A stretch of 35,614 bases of DNA from a virus, in the IMG/VR virus record IMGVR_UViG_3300048064_000264; one strand, 5' to 3'. Below, piece by piece: positions 6,634 to 14,673 of this stretch (position 1 is the stretch's first letter; each line of letters starts with the position of its first letter). The notes beneath the pieces were generated by a model. That model saw only the letters and a program-made list of their open reading frames with translations. It was not told the origin of the DNA and did no database searches. Made by a program: the position numbers and the translations under genes.

Positions 6634-7335
6634 ATGAGTAACCTAGTTTCAAACGTAATTCAAACAAAATTAATAGGTTCACCCACAAAAAAAGCAATTT
6701 TAATGTATATGGCAGATAAGGCCAGTGACGATGGAAGCGGTATTTGGGTGAGTAAAGGCAACATGGCGGCAGATTTAGAAATGTCTAGCCGCGCTGTTCG
6801 TCAGCATATAAAAGAAATGTTGGCAATGGGTGTTTTAAAGGTAACAGGGCAAAAAGAGTGCCGCCACGGTTACACTATAGATTATCAAATTAATTTACAA
6901 ATAGTTAGCCAATTACCTTCAACCAGACCACCCCTGAATGACGTTCACCCCTACCACGGCATGACATTCAGCCCTACCCCTGCACACGGTTCACCCAAAC
7001 CACCCAAAGAACCACCCAATGAACCTATTATATTAGTACGGTCTATTGATGTGGTTGTAGAACAGTTTAATAAGTTTTGGGAAAAGTATCCTAGAAAAAC
7101 AGCAAAACAGCCTGCACAAAAGGCATTTCCAAGAGCAATAATGAAAATTAGTTTTGAAGAACTTATGGAAAAATTAGATGTTTTTATAAAATTTCATAAA
7201 GATACAAAGAAACAATTTTTACCTCACGCCAGTACATGGTTAAATCAAGAGCGTTGGTATGATGAATATGAACAGCCAAATAATAATTTAGATTTACAAA
7301 AAACAGTTTTAAGCGAGATGTTAAATGCGAAATAA
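6634..7335 (+). CDS. Replication organiser/initiator-like protein (N-terminal wHTH, Pro-rich linker, C-terminal FWEKYPRK domain)
   Basis: SPTKKAILMYMADKASDDGSGIWVSKGNMAADLEMSSRAVRQHIKEM is typical of phage HTH replication proteins. AAGGAG RBS upstream. Confidence 0.55.
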   Translation: MSNLVSNVIQTKLIGSPTKKAILMYMADKASDDGSGIWVSKGNMAADLEMSSRAVRQHIKEMLAMGVLKVTGQKECRHGYTIDYQINLQIVSQLPSTRPPLNDVHPYHGMTFSPTPAHGSPKPPKEPPNEPIILVRSIDVVVEQFNKFWEKYPRKTAKQPAQKAFPRAIMKISFEELMEKLDVFIKFHKDTKKQFLPHASTWLNQERWYDEYEQPNNNLDLQKTVLSEMLNAK

Positions 7336-7786
7336 TGAACTTAAAGAAAAAACGTTAAAAATGTTGGGGCGGTTAAATGCTCCTAGAGCGGTGCAAAATA
7401 ACGATGAAAACATGAAAAGCGAAGCTGAGTTTCTATGCAACCAAATTATAAAATTAGCACCAAGCAAAAATTATATTGAATGGTTTCAAGACTTTGAGCA
7501 AAACATACTTTCTAATTTAGAAACTAGGACTTGGCCAACTGCAAAAGAAATTAGCAAATCAGCAAAAGCAATAGCACCAAAGCGGCCTGAATTTAGGGAA
7601 CTATCACCTGAAAAATACGAACCTAACGAACTTAAAATTAACGCCGATAGAATAAATAATGGTGAGCCAGTAGGCGAAAATTACATAATGGGCGCAATGG
7701 CTGAACAAATGGTAAGAGCGGGGCTTGTTGCAGAAAAACAACTAGCGCCATATAAAGAATACTTGAAACGTATGAAAAATGATTAG
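7325..7786 (+). CDS. Hypothetical protein, 153 aa
   Basis: ORF overlapping the upstream gene by 11 nt. Confidence 0.65.
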   Translation: MRNNELKEKTLKMLGRLNAPRAVQNNDENMKSEAEFLCNQIIKLAPSKNYIEWFQDFEQNILSNLETRTWPTAKEISKSAKAIAPKRPEFRELSPEKYEPNELKINADRINNGEPVGENYIMGAMAEQMVRAGLVAEKQLAPYKEYLKRMKND

Positions 7787-7883
7787 ATTATGTTACACAG
7801 GTAGCGAGGTCACGAACTCCTCCCTGTTCGAATTAGTTCCGCTTTATACTGCTTTTTTACGGACTGAATTACCTCGCCAACTT

Positions 7884-7910
7884 CCCTCGCCTTGCGCGGG
7901 GGATTTTTTT
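7884..7910 (+). terminator. Rho-independent terminator
   Basis: CCCTCGC-CTT-GCGCGGG stem with one mismatch, followed by GGATTTTTTT. Confidence 0.6.
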
Positions 7911-7919
7911 AGGTATAAT
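7911..7919 (+). promoter_or_regulatory. Candidate -10 element, AGGTATAAT
   Basis: TATAAT at 7914..7919 directly after the terminator, 26 nt upstream of the methyltransferase ATG. The -35 is weak (TTGCGC). Confidence 0.35.
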
Positions 7920-7944
7920 ATAAAACAACAGAAAGGGCGCACCC

Positions 7945-9261
7945 ATGCACGATGGACGGTCTTGGCCTGCTGATAAGGTTGAGCGAAGAAACATAGAAAC
8001 GCTTATACCGTATGCTAGAAATAGTCGAACTCATAGCGATGAGCAAATCACACAGATAGCGGCAAGCATTAAAGAATGGGGATTTACTAACCCTATTTTA
8101 GTCGATGCCCAAAACGAAATTATAGCGGGTCATGGCAGATTACTTGCGGCCAAAAAATTAAATTTAAAAGAAGTTCCTTGCATACAAGCTGATGATTGGA
8201 GTGACGCACAAAAACAAGCGTATGTAATAGCCGACAATAAATTAGCATTAAATGCGGGTTGGGACGAAGAACTTTTAAAAATAGAATTTAAAGAACTTAC
8301 TGATTTAAATTTTGATGTAGAATTAACAGGGTTTAGTTTAGATGAACTTGGCAACCTGTTTCACGAGCCAAAAACATATGACGATTACGAGCAAGGCAAA
8401 TTAACAAAAGTTTATGGTCAACCACCCTTTAGCGTTTTAGATACAAAAAAAGGCGATTGGGTAGAACGTAAAAAATACTGGCGTGACTTAATTGGTGACT
8501 TTGGTGAAAGTCGCGAGGGCAAATTAGCCAGTAACAATCTTATGGCTGAGTTAAATAGTGGTGTCAGTATTTTAGACCCTGTCTTAGCAGAAATAATAGT
8601 ACATTGGTTTGGTTTCGAAGGTGGGCAAGTCTTTGACCCTTTTGCGGGTGATACCGTTTTTGGCTTTGTTTCTGGTTTTAAAGGTATGAATTTTCAGGGA
8701 ATAGAACTTAGGCAAGAACAGGCAGATTTAAACCAACAGCGATGCGATGAATCTAAATTACCGTGTGTCTACTACACGGACACAAGCGAAAACATGGATG
8801 ACTACATAGAAAACGAAAGTATAGATTTAGTGTTTAGTTGCCCCCCATATGCAGATTTAGAAGTTTATAGTGATGACCCAAATGATTTAAGCAATATGAG
8901 CCATGATGACTTTTTTATGGTTTATAAAAGAATATTACAAAAAACTTATTCTAAATTAAAAAATAACCGTTTTGCAGTTATTGTGATGGGCGAAGTAAGA
9001 AACAAAAAAGGTCAGTACATCGGCACTATTCCTAAAACAATAGAAATAATGGAAAGCGCAGGCTATAAATATTACAACGAAATTATTTTAGTAAACAGCG
9101 TTGGCACACTTGCATTGCGCTCTGGCAAACAAATGCAGGCCAGTAGAAAAGTCGGCAAAATTCATCAAAACGTGCTTGTGTTTGTTAAGGGTGACGCCAG
9201 TGTTGCCGCCGATGAACTAGGCGAAATAGAAATAAATTTAGAGGAAGCAGATGGAGACTAA
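7945..9261 (+). CDS. ParB-like nuclease domain fused to a class-I (N6A/N4C-type) DNA methyltransferase-like domain
   Basis: N-terminus IETLIPYARNSRTHSDEQI...ILVDAQNEIIAGHGRLLAA matches the ParB/Srx fold. C-terminus has motif I VFDPFAGDTVFG, GIELRQE, and motif IV FSCPPYADLE. Confidence 0.8.
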   Translation: MHDGRSWPADKVERRNIETLIPYARNSRTHSDEQITQIAASIKEWGFTNPILVDAQNEIIAGHGRLLAAKKLNLKEVPCIQADDWSDAQKQAYVIADNKLALNAGWDEELLKIEFKELTDLNFDVELTGFSLDELGNLFHEPKTYDDYEQGKLTKVYGQPPFSVLDTKKGDWVERKKYWRDLIGDFGESREGKLASNNLMAELNSGVSILDPVLAEIIVHWFGFEGGQVFDPFAGDTVFGFVSGFKGMNFQGIELRQEQADLNQQRCDESKLPCVYYTDTSENMDDYIENESIDLVFSCPPYADLEVYSDDPNDLSNMSHDDFFMVYKRILQKTYSKLKNNRFAVIVMGEVRNKKGQYIGTIPKTIEIMESAGYKYYNEIILVNSVGTLALRSGKQMQASRKVGKIHQNVLVFVKGDASVAADELGEIEINLEEADGD

Positions 9262-9589
9262 AGGCTATCATGTCATAGCAGACGTTTGGTTAAACGAGTA
9301 CCCAGAAGATAACATTGCTGAAGTGCAATTAGGTATTGGCGAAGCTATAGAAGAATATTTAACTATTGTAGGCTTTAAAGACCACCAGTTTAACGAACAA
9401 GCATTTACAGCCGTTTGGTTATTATCCGAAAGTCATTTTAGCATTCACACCTACCCAGAGCGCAATTTTGTTAGTTTAGATTTATATACTTGTGGAGAAC
9501 GCGCCGCATCAACTTTGCAAATAATGGGTGACATAATGGGAAACTTCAACGTAAAAGAAGCAAACGTAAAGGTAATTAATCGTGGTTAA
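9251..9589 (+). CDS. speH: S-adenosylmethionine decarboxylase proenzyme, SpeH type (pyruvoyl enzyme)
   Basis: LLSESHFSIHTYPERNFVSLDLYTCG is the hallmark self-cleavage and active-site motif. The Glu60-Ser61 site is at 9428..9433. GAGGAAG RBS upstream. The start overlaps the upstream stop (ATGGAGACTAA). Confidence 0.85.
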   Translation: METKGYHVIADVWLNEYPEDNIAEVQLGIGEAIEEYLTIVGFKDHQFNEQAFTAVWLLSESHFSIHTYPERNFVSLDLYTCGERAASTLQIMGDIMGNFNVKEANVKVINRG

Positions 9590-9590
9590 A

Positions 9591-9797
9591 TTATGCGTTA
9601 TGCAAATGTGCGCTGTTACCAAGGTCGTTTACTGCATAAATCATAGTGCGAGTATCTTGGTAAGTGTCGGCATACCTAATAGCATCGGCATACTTAGTAA
9701 AGTCGCTTCTAGTACGGTTGCGGCCAAAGCCTCGTACTGCCGTAAAATATATAGCAGTGTCAAAACAAAATTGGCTATGTGTGTCTTCAAAGTGCAT
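9591..9797 (-). CDS. Hypothetical protein, 68 aa, antisense-oriented gene between speH and the small terminase gene
   Basis: Perfect AAGGAG RBS 7 nt before the ATG, with its own early-type promoter cassette. Confidence 0.55.
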   Translation of the reverse strand: MHFEDTHSQFCFDTAIYFTAVRGFGRNRTRSDFTKYADAIRYADTYQDTRTMIYAVNDLGNSAHLHNA

Positions 9798-9823
9798 TGT
9801 AATACTCCTTATTGCTGTAAACT

Positions 9824-9852
9824 ATACTATAACAAAACGTAAAGTATGTAAA
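9824..9852 (-). promoter_or_regulatory. Early promoter cassette (TTTACA-17-TAGTAT)
   Basis: Minus strand reads TTTACA TACTTTACGTTTTGTTA TAGTAT, then the leader AGTTTACAGCAATAAGGAG. The -35 abuts the small terminase ATG. Confidence 0.45.
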
Positions 9853-9853
9853 G

Positions 9854-10234
9854 ATGGAAAATAAAAAAAATGTAGGCGGTAGACCAAAAATAGTTTTAAC
9901 GGATGAGCAAAAACGTGAAGTTGAAACATTAGCGGCAGTTTTAACAACAGAACAAATAGCTGATTATTTTAGTATAAGCAGGCGGGTTTTCTTTGATATA
10001 TTAGAAAGAGATGAAGAGGTTTCTGCACTATATAAAAAGGGAAAAGCAAGGGCTGTTGGATTTGTAGCGCAAAATTTAATACAAAAAGCAAGAACAGGTG
10101 ATTTAGGCGCACAAATATTTTATTTAAAAACTAGGGCAGGGTGGAAAGAAACACAACGCATCGAGGGCGCAGGCGACACAGGCGAACACGTTATAGCTTA
10201 TAAGTGGTTGGACGATGACAACGAGGACGATTAA
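9854..10234 (+). CDS. terS: Terminase small subunit
   Basis: GGRPKIVLTDEQKREVETLAAVLTTEQIADYFSISRRVF is an HTH. It lies immediately upstream of the large terminase and overlaps it. Confidence 0.75.
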   Translation: MENKKNVGGRPKIVLTDEQKREVETLAAVLTTEQIADYFSISRRVFFDILERDEEVSALYKKGKARAVGFVAQNLIQKARTGDLGAQIFYLKTRAGWKETQRIEGAGDTGEHVIAYKWLDDDNEDD

Positions 10235-11474
10235 CTACCGCCCCCGAAAGCTAGTTAAAAGTTTTCATAAACGCCAAGAAAGATTTGCTGTAATTGTTGC
10301 CCATCGTAGGTTTGGCAAAACAGTGGCGGCTATAAACGATTTAATAAAAACGGCATTAACCACAGACCGCAAAAATGTCAGGGTTGCTTATATTGCGCCA
10401 TACTACAGACAGGCCAAAGCAATAGCGTGGGACTACCTATTAGAATATACACAAGACGTTGAAGGTGTTGTTTACAATACTTCGGAGCTTCGTGCCGACT
10501 TTCCTAATGGGGCTAGATTTAGGCTATTTGGGGCTGACAACTACGATGCTATGCGTGGTTTGTATTTTGATAGCGTTGTACTAGACGAGCCTGCCGACTT
10601 CCCTGCAAACGCTTGGCCAATGGTTATCAGGCCATCATTAGCAGACAGGCAAGGTAAAGCGACTTTTATAGGAACGCCGAAAGGAAAAAATGATTTTTGG
10701 GAAATTTATAACAATGCACAAAAAAACGAAAATTGGTTTTGTGCCATGTATAAAGCAGATGAAACCGAAATATTAGATAAATTTGAATTAGAAGAAGCAA
10801 AGGAAACTATGGGCGAAGATAGGTTTGCTCAAGAGTTTCTTTGCAGTTTTGAAGCGGCAATACAAGGTTCTTATTATGCTGTTGAAATGAAGAAAGCAAA
10901 AACCGAAAAAAGAATTACATCTGTTCCATATGACCCTTCAACAAGTGTAATTGTAAGTTACGACTTAGGAATTGGTGATAGTACCGCTTTGTGGTTTGCA
11001 CAGTTTGTTGGTCAAGAAATACATTTAATAGATTATTACGAAAATAGTGGTGTAGGTTTAGACCATTATGCAAAAGTTTTAGATGAAAAAGGCTATCATT
11101 ACGAAGCGCATATTATGCCACACGATGTAAGAGTAAAAGAATTAGGCACTGGCAAAAGTCGTTTAGAAACTTTAGATAATTTAGGAATAAGAAATATTGA
11201 AATAGCACCCAGATTAAGTATTGATGACGGAATACAAGCTTCAAGGTCTATGCTTAACAAATGTTGGTTTGACGAAAAAAAATGTGAGCGTGGTATTGAA
11301 GCATTGTTGCAATACCGTAGGGAGTTTGATGAAAAGCTAAAATCTTGGCGTGGTCGCCCTTTGCACGATTGGACTTCACACGGCGCAGATAGCTTTAGAT
11401 ATTTGGCTGTTGGCTATAGGCCAAGCATAGATTGGGGCGAACCTATAAAACGTAATCTAAAGGGTATAGCGTAA
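10215..11474 (+). CDS. terL: Terminase large subunit
   Basis: Walker A AHRRFGKT, Walker B VVLDEPADF, and a C-terminal RNaseH-like nuclease region (YDLGIGDSTALWF...HDW). Confidence 0.9.
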   Translation: MTTRTINYRPRKLVKSFHKRQERFAVIVAHRRFGKTVAAINDLIKTALTTDRKNVRVAYIAPYYRQAKAIAWDYLLEYTQDVEGVVYNTSELRADFPNGARFRLFGADNYDAMRGLYFDSVVLDEPADFPANAWPMVIRPSLADRQGKATFIGTPKGKNDFWEIYNNAQKNENWFCAMYKADETEILDKFELEEAKETMGEDRFAQEFLCSFEAAIQGSYYAVEMKKAKTEKRITSVPYDPSTSVIVSYDLGIGDSTALWFAQFVGQEIHLIDYYENSGVGLDHYAKVLDEKGYHYEAHIMPHDVRVKELGTGKSRLETLDNLGIRNIEIAPRLSIDDGIQASRSMLNKCWFDEKKCERGIEALLQYRREFDEKLKSWRGRPLHDWTSHGADSFRYLAVGYRPSIDWGEPIKRNLKGIA

Positions 11475-11516
11475 TTTAATTTTATATGTTATAGAGATTT
11501 TTATAGGAGGGTGGCT

Positions 11517-11687
11517 ATGGCAAAACCAGTTTGGAAAAGTAAAAATCCAAAACCTAAAAGTAAGCGGCGCAAAATGACCGCCAAGGAAGAAGCCAAAGCG
11601 AAGCGCACCGCAAAAGCGGCAGGCCGACCCTACCCTAATATGGTTGACAATTTACGAGCTATGAAAAAGAAGAAAAGGAAAAAGTAA
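11517..11687 (+). CDS. Polybasic small protein, 56 aa (Lys/Arg-rich)
   Basis: Hand-translated as MAKPVWKSKNPKPKSKRRKM...RAMKKKKRKK. AGGAGG RBS upstream. Confidence 0.55.
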   Translation: MAKPVWKSKNPKPKSKRRKMTAKEEAKAKRTAKAAGRPYPNMVDNLRAMKKKKRKK

Positions 11688-11731
11688 TGCCCTACGGTAA
11701 AGGTAAGAAAAAAGGCGGCAAGAAAAAATAA
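11687..11731 (+). CDS. Possible 14-aa polybasic micro-ORF (MPYGKGKKKGGKKK)
   Basis: Its start overlaps the upstream stop (TAATG), and its stop abuts the next ATG (TAAATG). Confidence 0.3.
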   Translation: MPYGKGKKKGGKKK

Positions 11732-12130
11732 ATGGCTTACACTAGCTTGATGGATATGTTTGACGGCGGCGGCGCAGGCCGTTCTGGTGCAACATTTCAA
11801 GGTGGTGGGCTATTAAGTGCATTAGCAAACAGGTTTGCCAAGCCTATAGGTTCTCAGCGTAGAAGCTCAGAAAACCTATCTAATATGATTAACCAGTTAC
11901 AAAGCGGTGGAATGTCAAACAAATCCATTCCCAATATTATTGATATGACTGGCGAAGTAACAGACTTGTCAGGGGTTGGCATACCAGAAAAAATAAATGT
12001 AAGTGAATTAGATGACATATCTTTTAAAGAATTTTCAGAATTAGCTTTGCCAGTTTTTGAAGAAAAAGGTGTAACTCCATCTTATGATGATTTATTAAGG
12101 GCATATGTTAATTATTTAAATAGGCCATAG
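11732..12130 (+). CDS. Hypothetical protein, 132 aa
   Basis: ORF in tight operon spacing. Confidence 0.65.
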   Translation: MAYTSLMDMFDGGGAGRSGATFQGGGLLSALANRFAKPIGSQRRSSENLSNMINQLQSGGMSNKSIPNIIDMTGEVTDLSGVGIPEKINVSELDDISFKEFSELALPVFEEKGVTPSYDDLLRAYVNYLNRP

Positions 12131-12131
12131 A

Positions 12132-12392
12132 ATGGCAAAAGACCCTAGACTAAAACGTGCAGGAGTTAGCGGATACAACAAGCCAAAACGTACCCCTAGC
12201 CACCCTAAAAAATCCCACATAGTTGTCGCAAAAGAAGGTAGTAAAATAAAAACTATTCGCTTTGGGCAACAAGGTAAAACTGGTGATAAAACCATGACTA
12301 AACGAGCTAAGTCATTTAAGGCAAGACACGCTAAAAATATTGCTAAAGGCAAAATGTCAGCGGCGTATTGGGCAAACAAAGTAAAGTGGTGA
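12132..12392 (+). CDS. Conserved-looking basic phage protein, 86 aa
   Basis: Lys/Arg-rich, with KSHIVVAKEG..IRFGQQG and a C-terminal SAAYWANKVKW. Confidence 0.65.
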   Translation: MAKDPRLKRAGVSGYNKPKRTPSHPKKSHIVVAKEGSKIKTIRFGQQGKTGDKTMTKRAKSFKARHAKNIAKGKMSAAYWANKVKW

Positions 12393-12397
12393 TATAG

Positions 12398-13015
12398 ATG
12401 CCATTATCAAATTATACAGAACTAACGGCAAGTATAGCTGACACATTAAACAGAACTGATTTAACGGCAGTTATACCAGATTTTATAAGATTAGCTGAAG
12501 CGCAGTTAAGTAGGGATTTAAGGCATTGGCGCATGGAAGATAGGGCGACAGCCACGGTTGACACGCAATATACTGCTTTACCCTTAGATTTTATTGCCCC
12601 TATTAGAATAACAATACCCGCTAGTCCTAGCCATACTTTAGAATTAATTAGTCCTTTTGACATTTCAAAAATGCGAATGGAAAACTCAGATAATGTTGGT
12701 CGACCTGAGTTTTATGCGGTTGTAGACGGTTCGTTTGAAGTTTACCCAACGCCAGATGCCGATTACACCGTAGAACTGGTATATTATGAAAGCATACCTG
12801 ACCTGTCAGTAAATAATACAAATTGGCTTTTAACGCATTACCCAGACGCTTATTTGTATAGTTCTTTGCTTCACAGTTCACCATATCTACAAGAAGACCA
12901 AAGAGTGGCAGTCTGGAACACGTTGTATCTAAACTCAGTTTCTGCTATAAATTTAGAAGGAGAGCGAGCTAGAACATCTGGTTCGGGTCGTCGAATACAA
13001 ATTAGGAGCTATTAA
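12398..13015 (+). CDS. Putative head-tail adaptor or virion structural protein
   Basis: N-terminal YTELTASIADTLNRTDLTAVIPDFIRLAEAQLSRDL resembles adaptor-like proteins of many phages. It sits at the head of the tail gene block. The call is weak. Confidence 0.35.
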   Translation: MPLSNYTELTASIADTLNRTDLTAVIPDFIRLAEAQLSRDLRHWRMEDRATATVDTQYTALPLDFIAPIRITIPASPSHTLELISPFDISKMRMENSDNVGRPEFYAVVDGSFEVYPTPDADYTVELVYYESIPDLSVNNTNWLLTHYPDAYLYSSLLHSSPYLQEDQRVAVWNTLYLNSVSAINLEGERARTSGSGRRIQIRSY

Positions 13016-13447
13016 ATGGCAAGTTTTACAAAAGTAAATGACTTTGTGGTCAACCTAGCTAATGCAATGGATATGAATGCTGACACGTTCAAAGTTGCGC
13101 TATCTAATACAGACCCAACATCAGGCACAAATGCGGCGGCTGATGGAAATGGTGTTTTAGCAAATATTACAGAAGTAAGTTACACTAATCTTTCAAGCAG
13201 AACATTAGCAAACGTGACAAGTACCCAAACAGGCGGTACTTATAAACTGTCAGCTGATGATAAAGTTTTAACTGCATCAGGCGGTTCAGTGGCGGCTTTT
13301 AGGTATGTCATTATTTACAACGATACACCAACATCACCCGCTGACCCTATTGTTGGCTATTACGATTACGGTTCTTCGCTTACATTGAATGACGGTGATA
13401 CTTTTACAATAGACATCGGCACAAACGGTATATTAACGCTTACATAA
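13016..13447 (+). CDS. Hypothetical virion-associated protein, 143 aa
   Basis: ORF abutting its neighbours in the tail module. Confidence 0.55.
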   Translation: MASFTKVNDFVVNLANAMDMNADTFKVALSNTDPTSGTNAAADGNGVLANITEVSYTNLSSRTLANVTSTQTGGTYKLSADDKVLTASGGSVAAFRYVIIYNDTPTSPADPIVGYYDYGSSLTLNDGDTFTIDIGTNGILTLT

Positions 13448-13459
13448 TAGGAGAACATC

Positions 13460-14671
13460 ATGGCAAAACTATTTAATAGAGCCAAGATGAACACCTCAAC
13501 GACTGGGGCGGGAACCATTACGTTGGGCAGTGCAGAAACAGGCTTCCAAAGTTTTGCTGATGCAGGCGTAGCAAATAGCGATGTTGTTCAATATGTCATT
13601 GAGGATGGCTCAAGTTGGGAAATAGGAACTGGTACTTATAGTTCTAGTGGAACAACATTGACACGTTCCCCTACTGAAAGCAGTGGTGGCGGTAGTGCGC
13701 TATCCCTCAGTGGTAGTGCAAAAGTTTCTATTACTGTTATTGCTGATGATTTTAAAAGGCTACAATTAGCAGGGGCTACAAAGGCAGAGGCTACTTCTGG
13801 CGGTTTAGATGTTACTGGAAATATTGTTGTTAGTGGCAATGTAGATGGTAGAAATGTTGCATCTGACGGAGCAAAACTAGATGGCATAGAGGCAAGTGCA
13901 ACGGCTGACCAAACTAACGCAGAAATAAGGGCGGCAGTGGAAGCGGCTTCAGATAGTAATGTGTTTACTGATGCTGACCACACTAAGTTGAATGGCATTG
14001 CGGCTAGTGCAACTAATGTAACTAATACAAATCAGCTAACAAATGGCGCAGGGTTTCTTACTGGATTTTCTGGTATGACTTCAAGTCATGTAGTTAATTC
14101 TTTAGGATTTACGCCTCTTGCCCCTGATGATGACGCTCAATTAAATTCTCTTGAAATAGGTGATACATCAGGTCCAATATTACAGGAAGAGCGTAACCAA
14201 AATTTAAGGATTAAAGGTAGCAGTAGTACAGATTGCGGTATTGTCGGTATTGGTTCAAATAATGCGTTTTGTTTTCAATTATATGGCGCAGGCAGTCAAC
14301 ATGGATTTTTAAGGTCTACTTGGGGTTCTTGGGGTGCTTATGCTGACACTAGTGGAAACTGGACTGCCACAGGAAATGTCACAGCGTATTCAGATGAAAA
14401 ACTAAAAGACAATATTGAGCCAATAGAAAACCCTATCGAAAAGATAAAAGCTATCCAAGGTGTAACTTATAACCGTAACGACATTGAAGGTAATCCACGA
14501 CAAACTGGTGTTGTTGCCCAACAAGTCGAAAGAGTTTTGCCAGAGGTGGTTATGACTAATGACGAAGGAATAAAAACCGTAGCTTACGGAAATATGGTTG
14601 GCTTGCTAATCGAAGCAATAAAAGAACAGCAAGATGAAATAGAGCGACTAAGAGCGATACTTGAGGGTTAA
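13460..14671 (+). CDS. Tail fibre/spike protein with a C-terminal S74 intramolecular chaperone domain
   Basis: Fibre repeats [13 protein letters not shown] and [14 protein letters not shown]-terminus [12 protein letters not shown]...[15 protein letters not shown]...[17 protein letters not shown]. Confidence 0.8.
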   Translation: MAKLFNRAKMNTSTTGAGTITLGSAETGFQSFADAGVANSDVVQYVIEDGSSWEIGTGTYSSSGTTLTRSPTESSGGGSALSLSGSAKVSITVIADDFKRLQLAGATKAEATSGGLDVTGNIVVSGNVDGRNVASDGAKLDGIEASATADQTNAEIRAAVEAASDSNVFTDADHTKLNGIAASATNVTNTNQLTNGAGFLTGFSGMTSSHVVNSLGFTPLAPDDDAQLNSLEIGDTSGPILQEERNQNLRIKGSSSTDCGIVGIGSNNAFCFQLYGAGSQHGFLRSTWGSWGAYADTSGNWTATGNVTAYSDEKLKDNIEPIENPIEKIKAIQGVTYNRNDIEGNPRQTGVVAQQVERVLPEVVMTNDEGIKTVAYGNMVGLLIEAIKEQQDEIERLRAILEG

Positions 14672-14673
14672 AT

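Noticed and set aside
7800-7880. tRNA-like signal: GTTCGAAT resembling a T-loop, plus a 7-bp acceptor-like pairing GCGAGGT/ACCTCGC about 76 nt apart
   Set aside because: No cloverleaf can be drawn on either strand. The sequences flanking TTCGAAT are not complementary, no anticodon stem forms, and the putative D-loop lacks GG.
7779-7973. 64-aa ORF spanning the intergenic spacer
   Set aside because: It runs through a terminator hairpin and a promoter, and overlaps the start of the ParB-methyltransferase gene. No RBS.
9582-9864. Plus-strand ORFs 9582..9842 and 9664..9864
   Set aside because: Neither has an RBS, and the products are Cys/Val-rich and implausible. The opposite-strand ORF 9591..9797 has a perfect AAGGAG RBS and its own promoter cassette.
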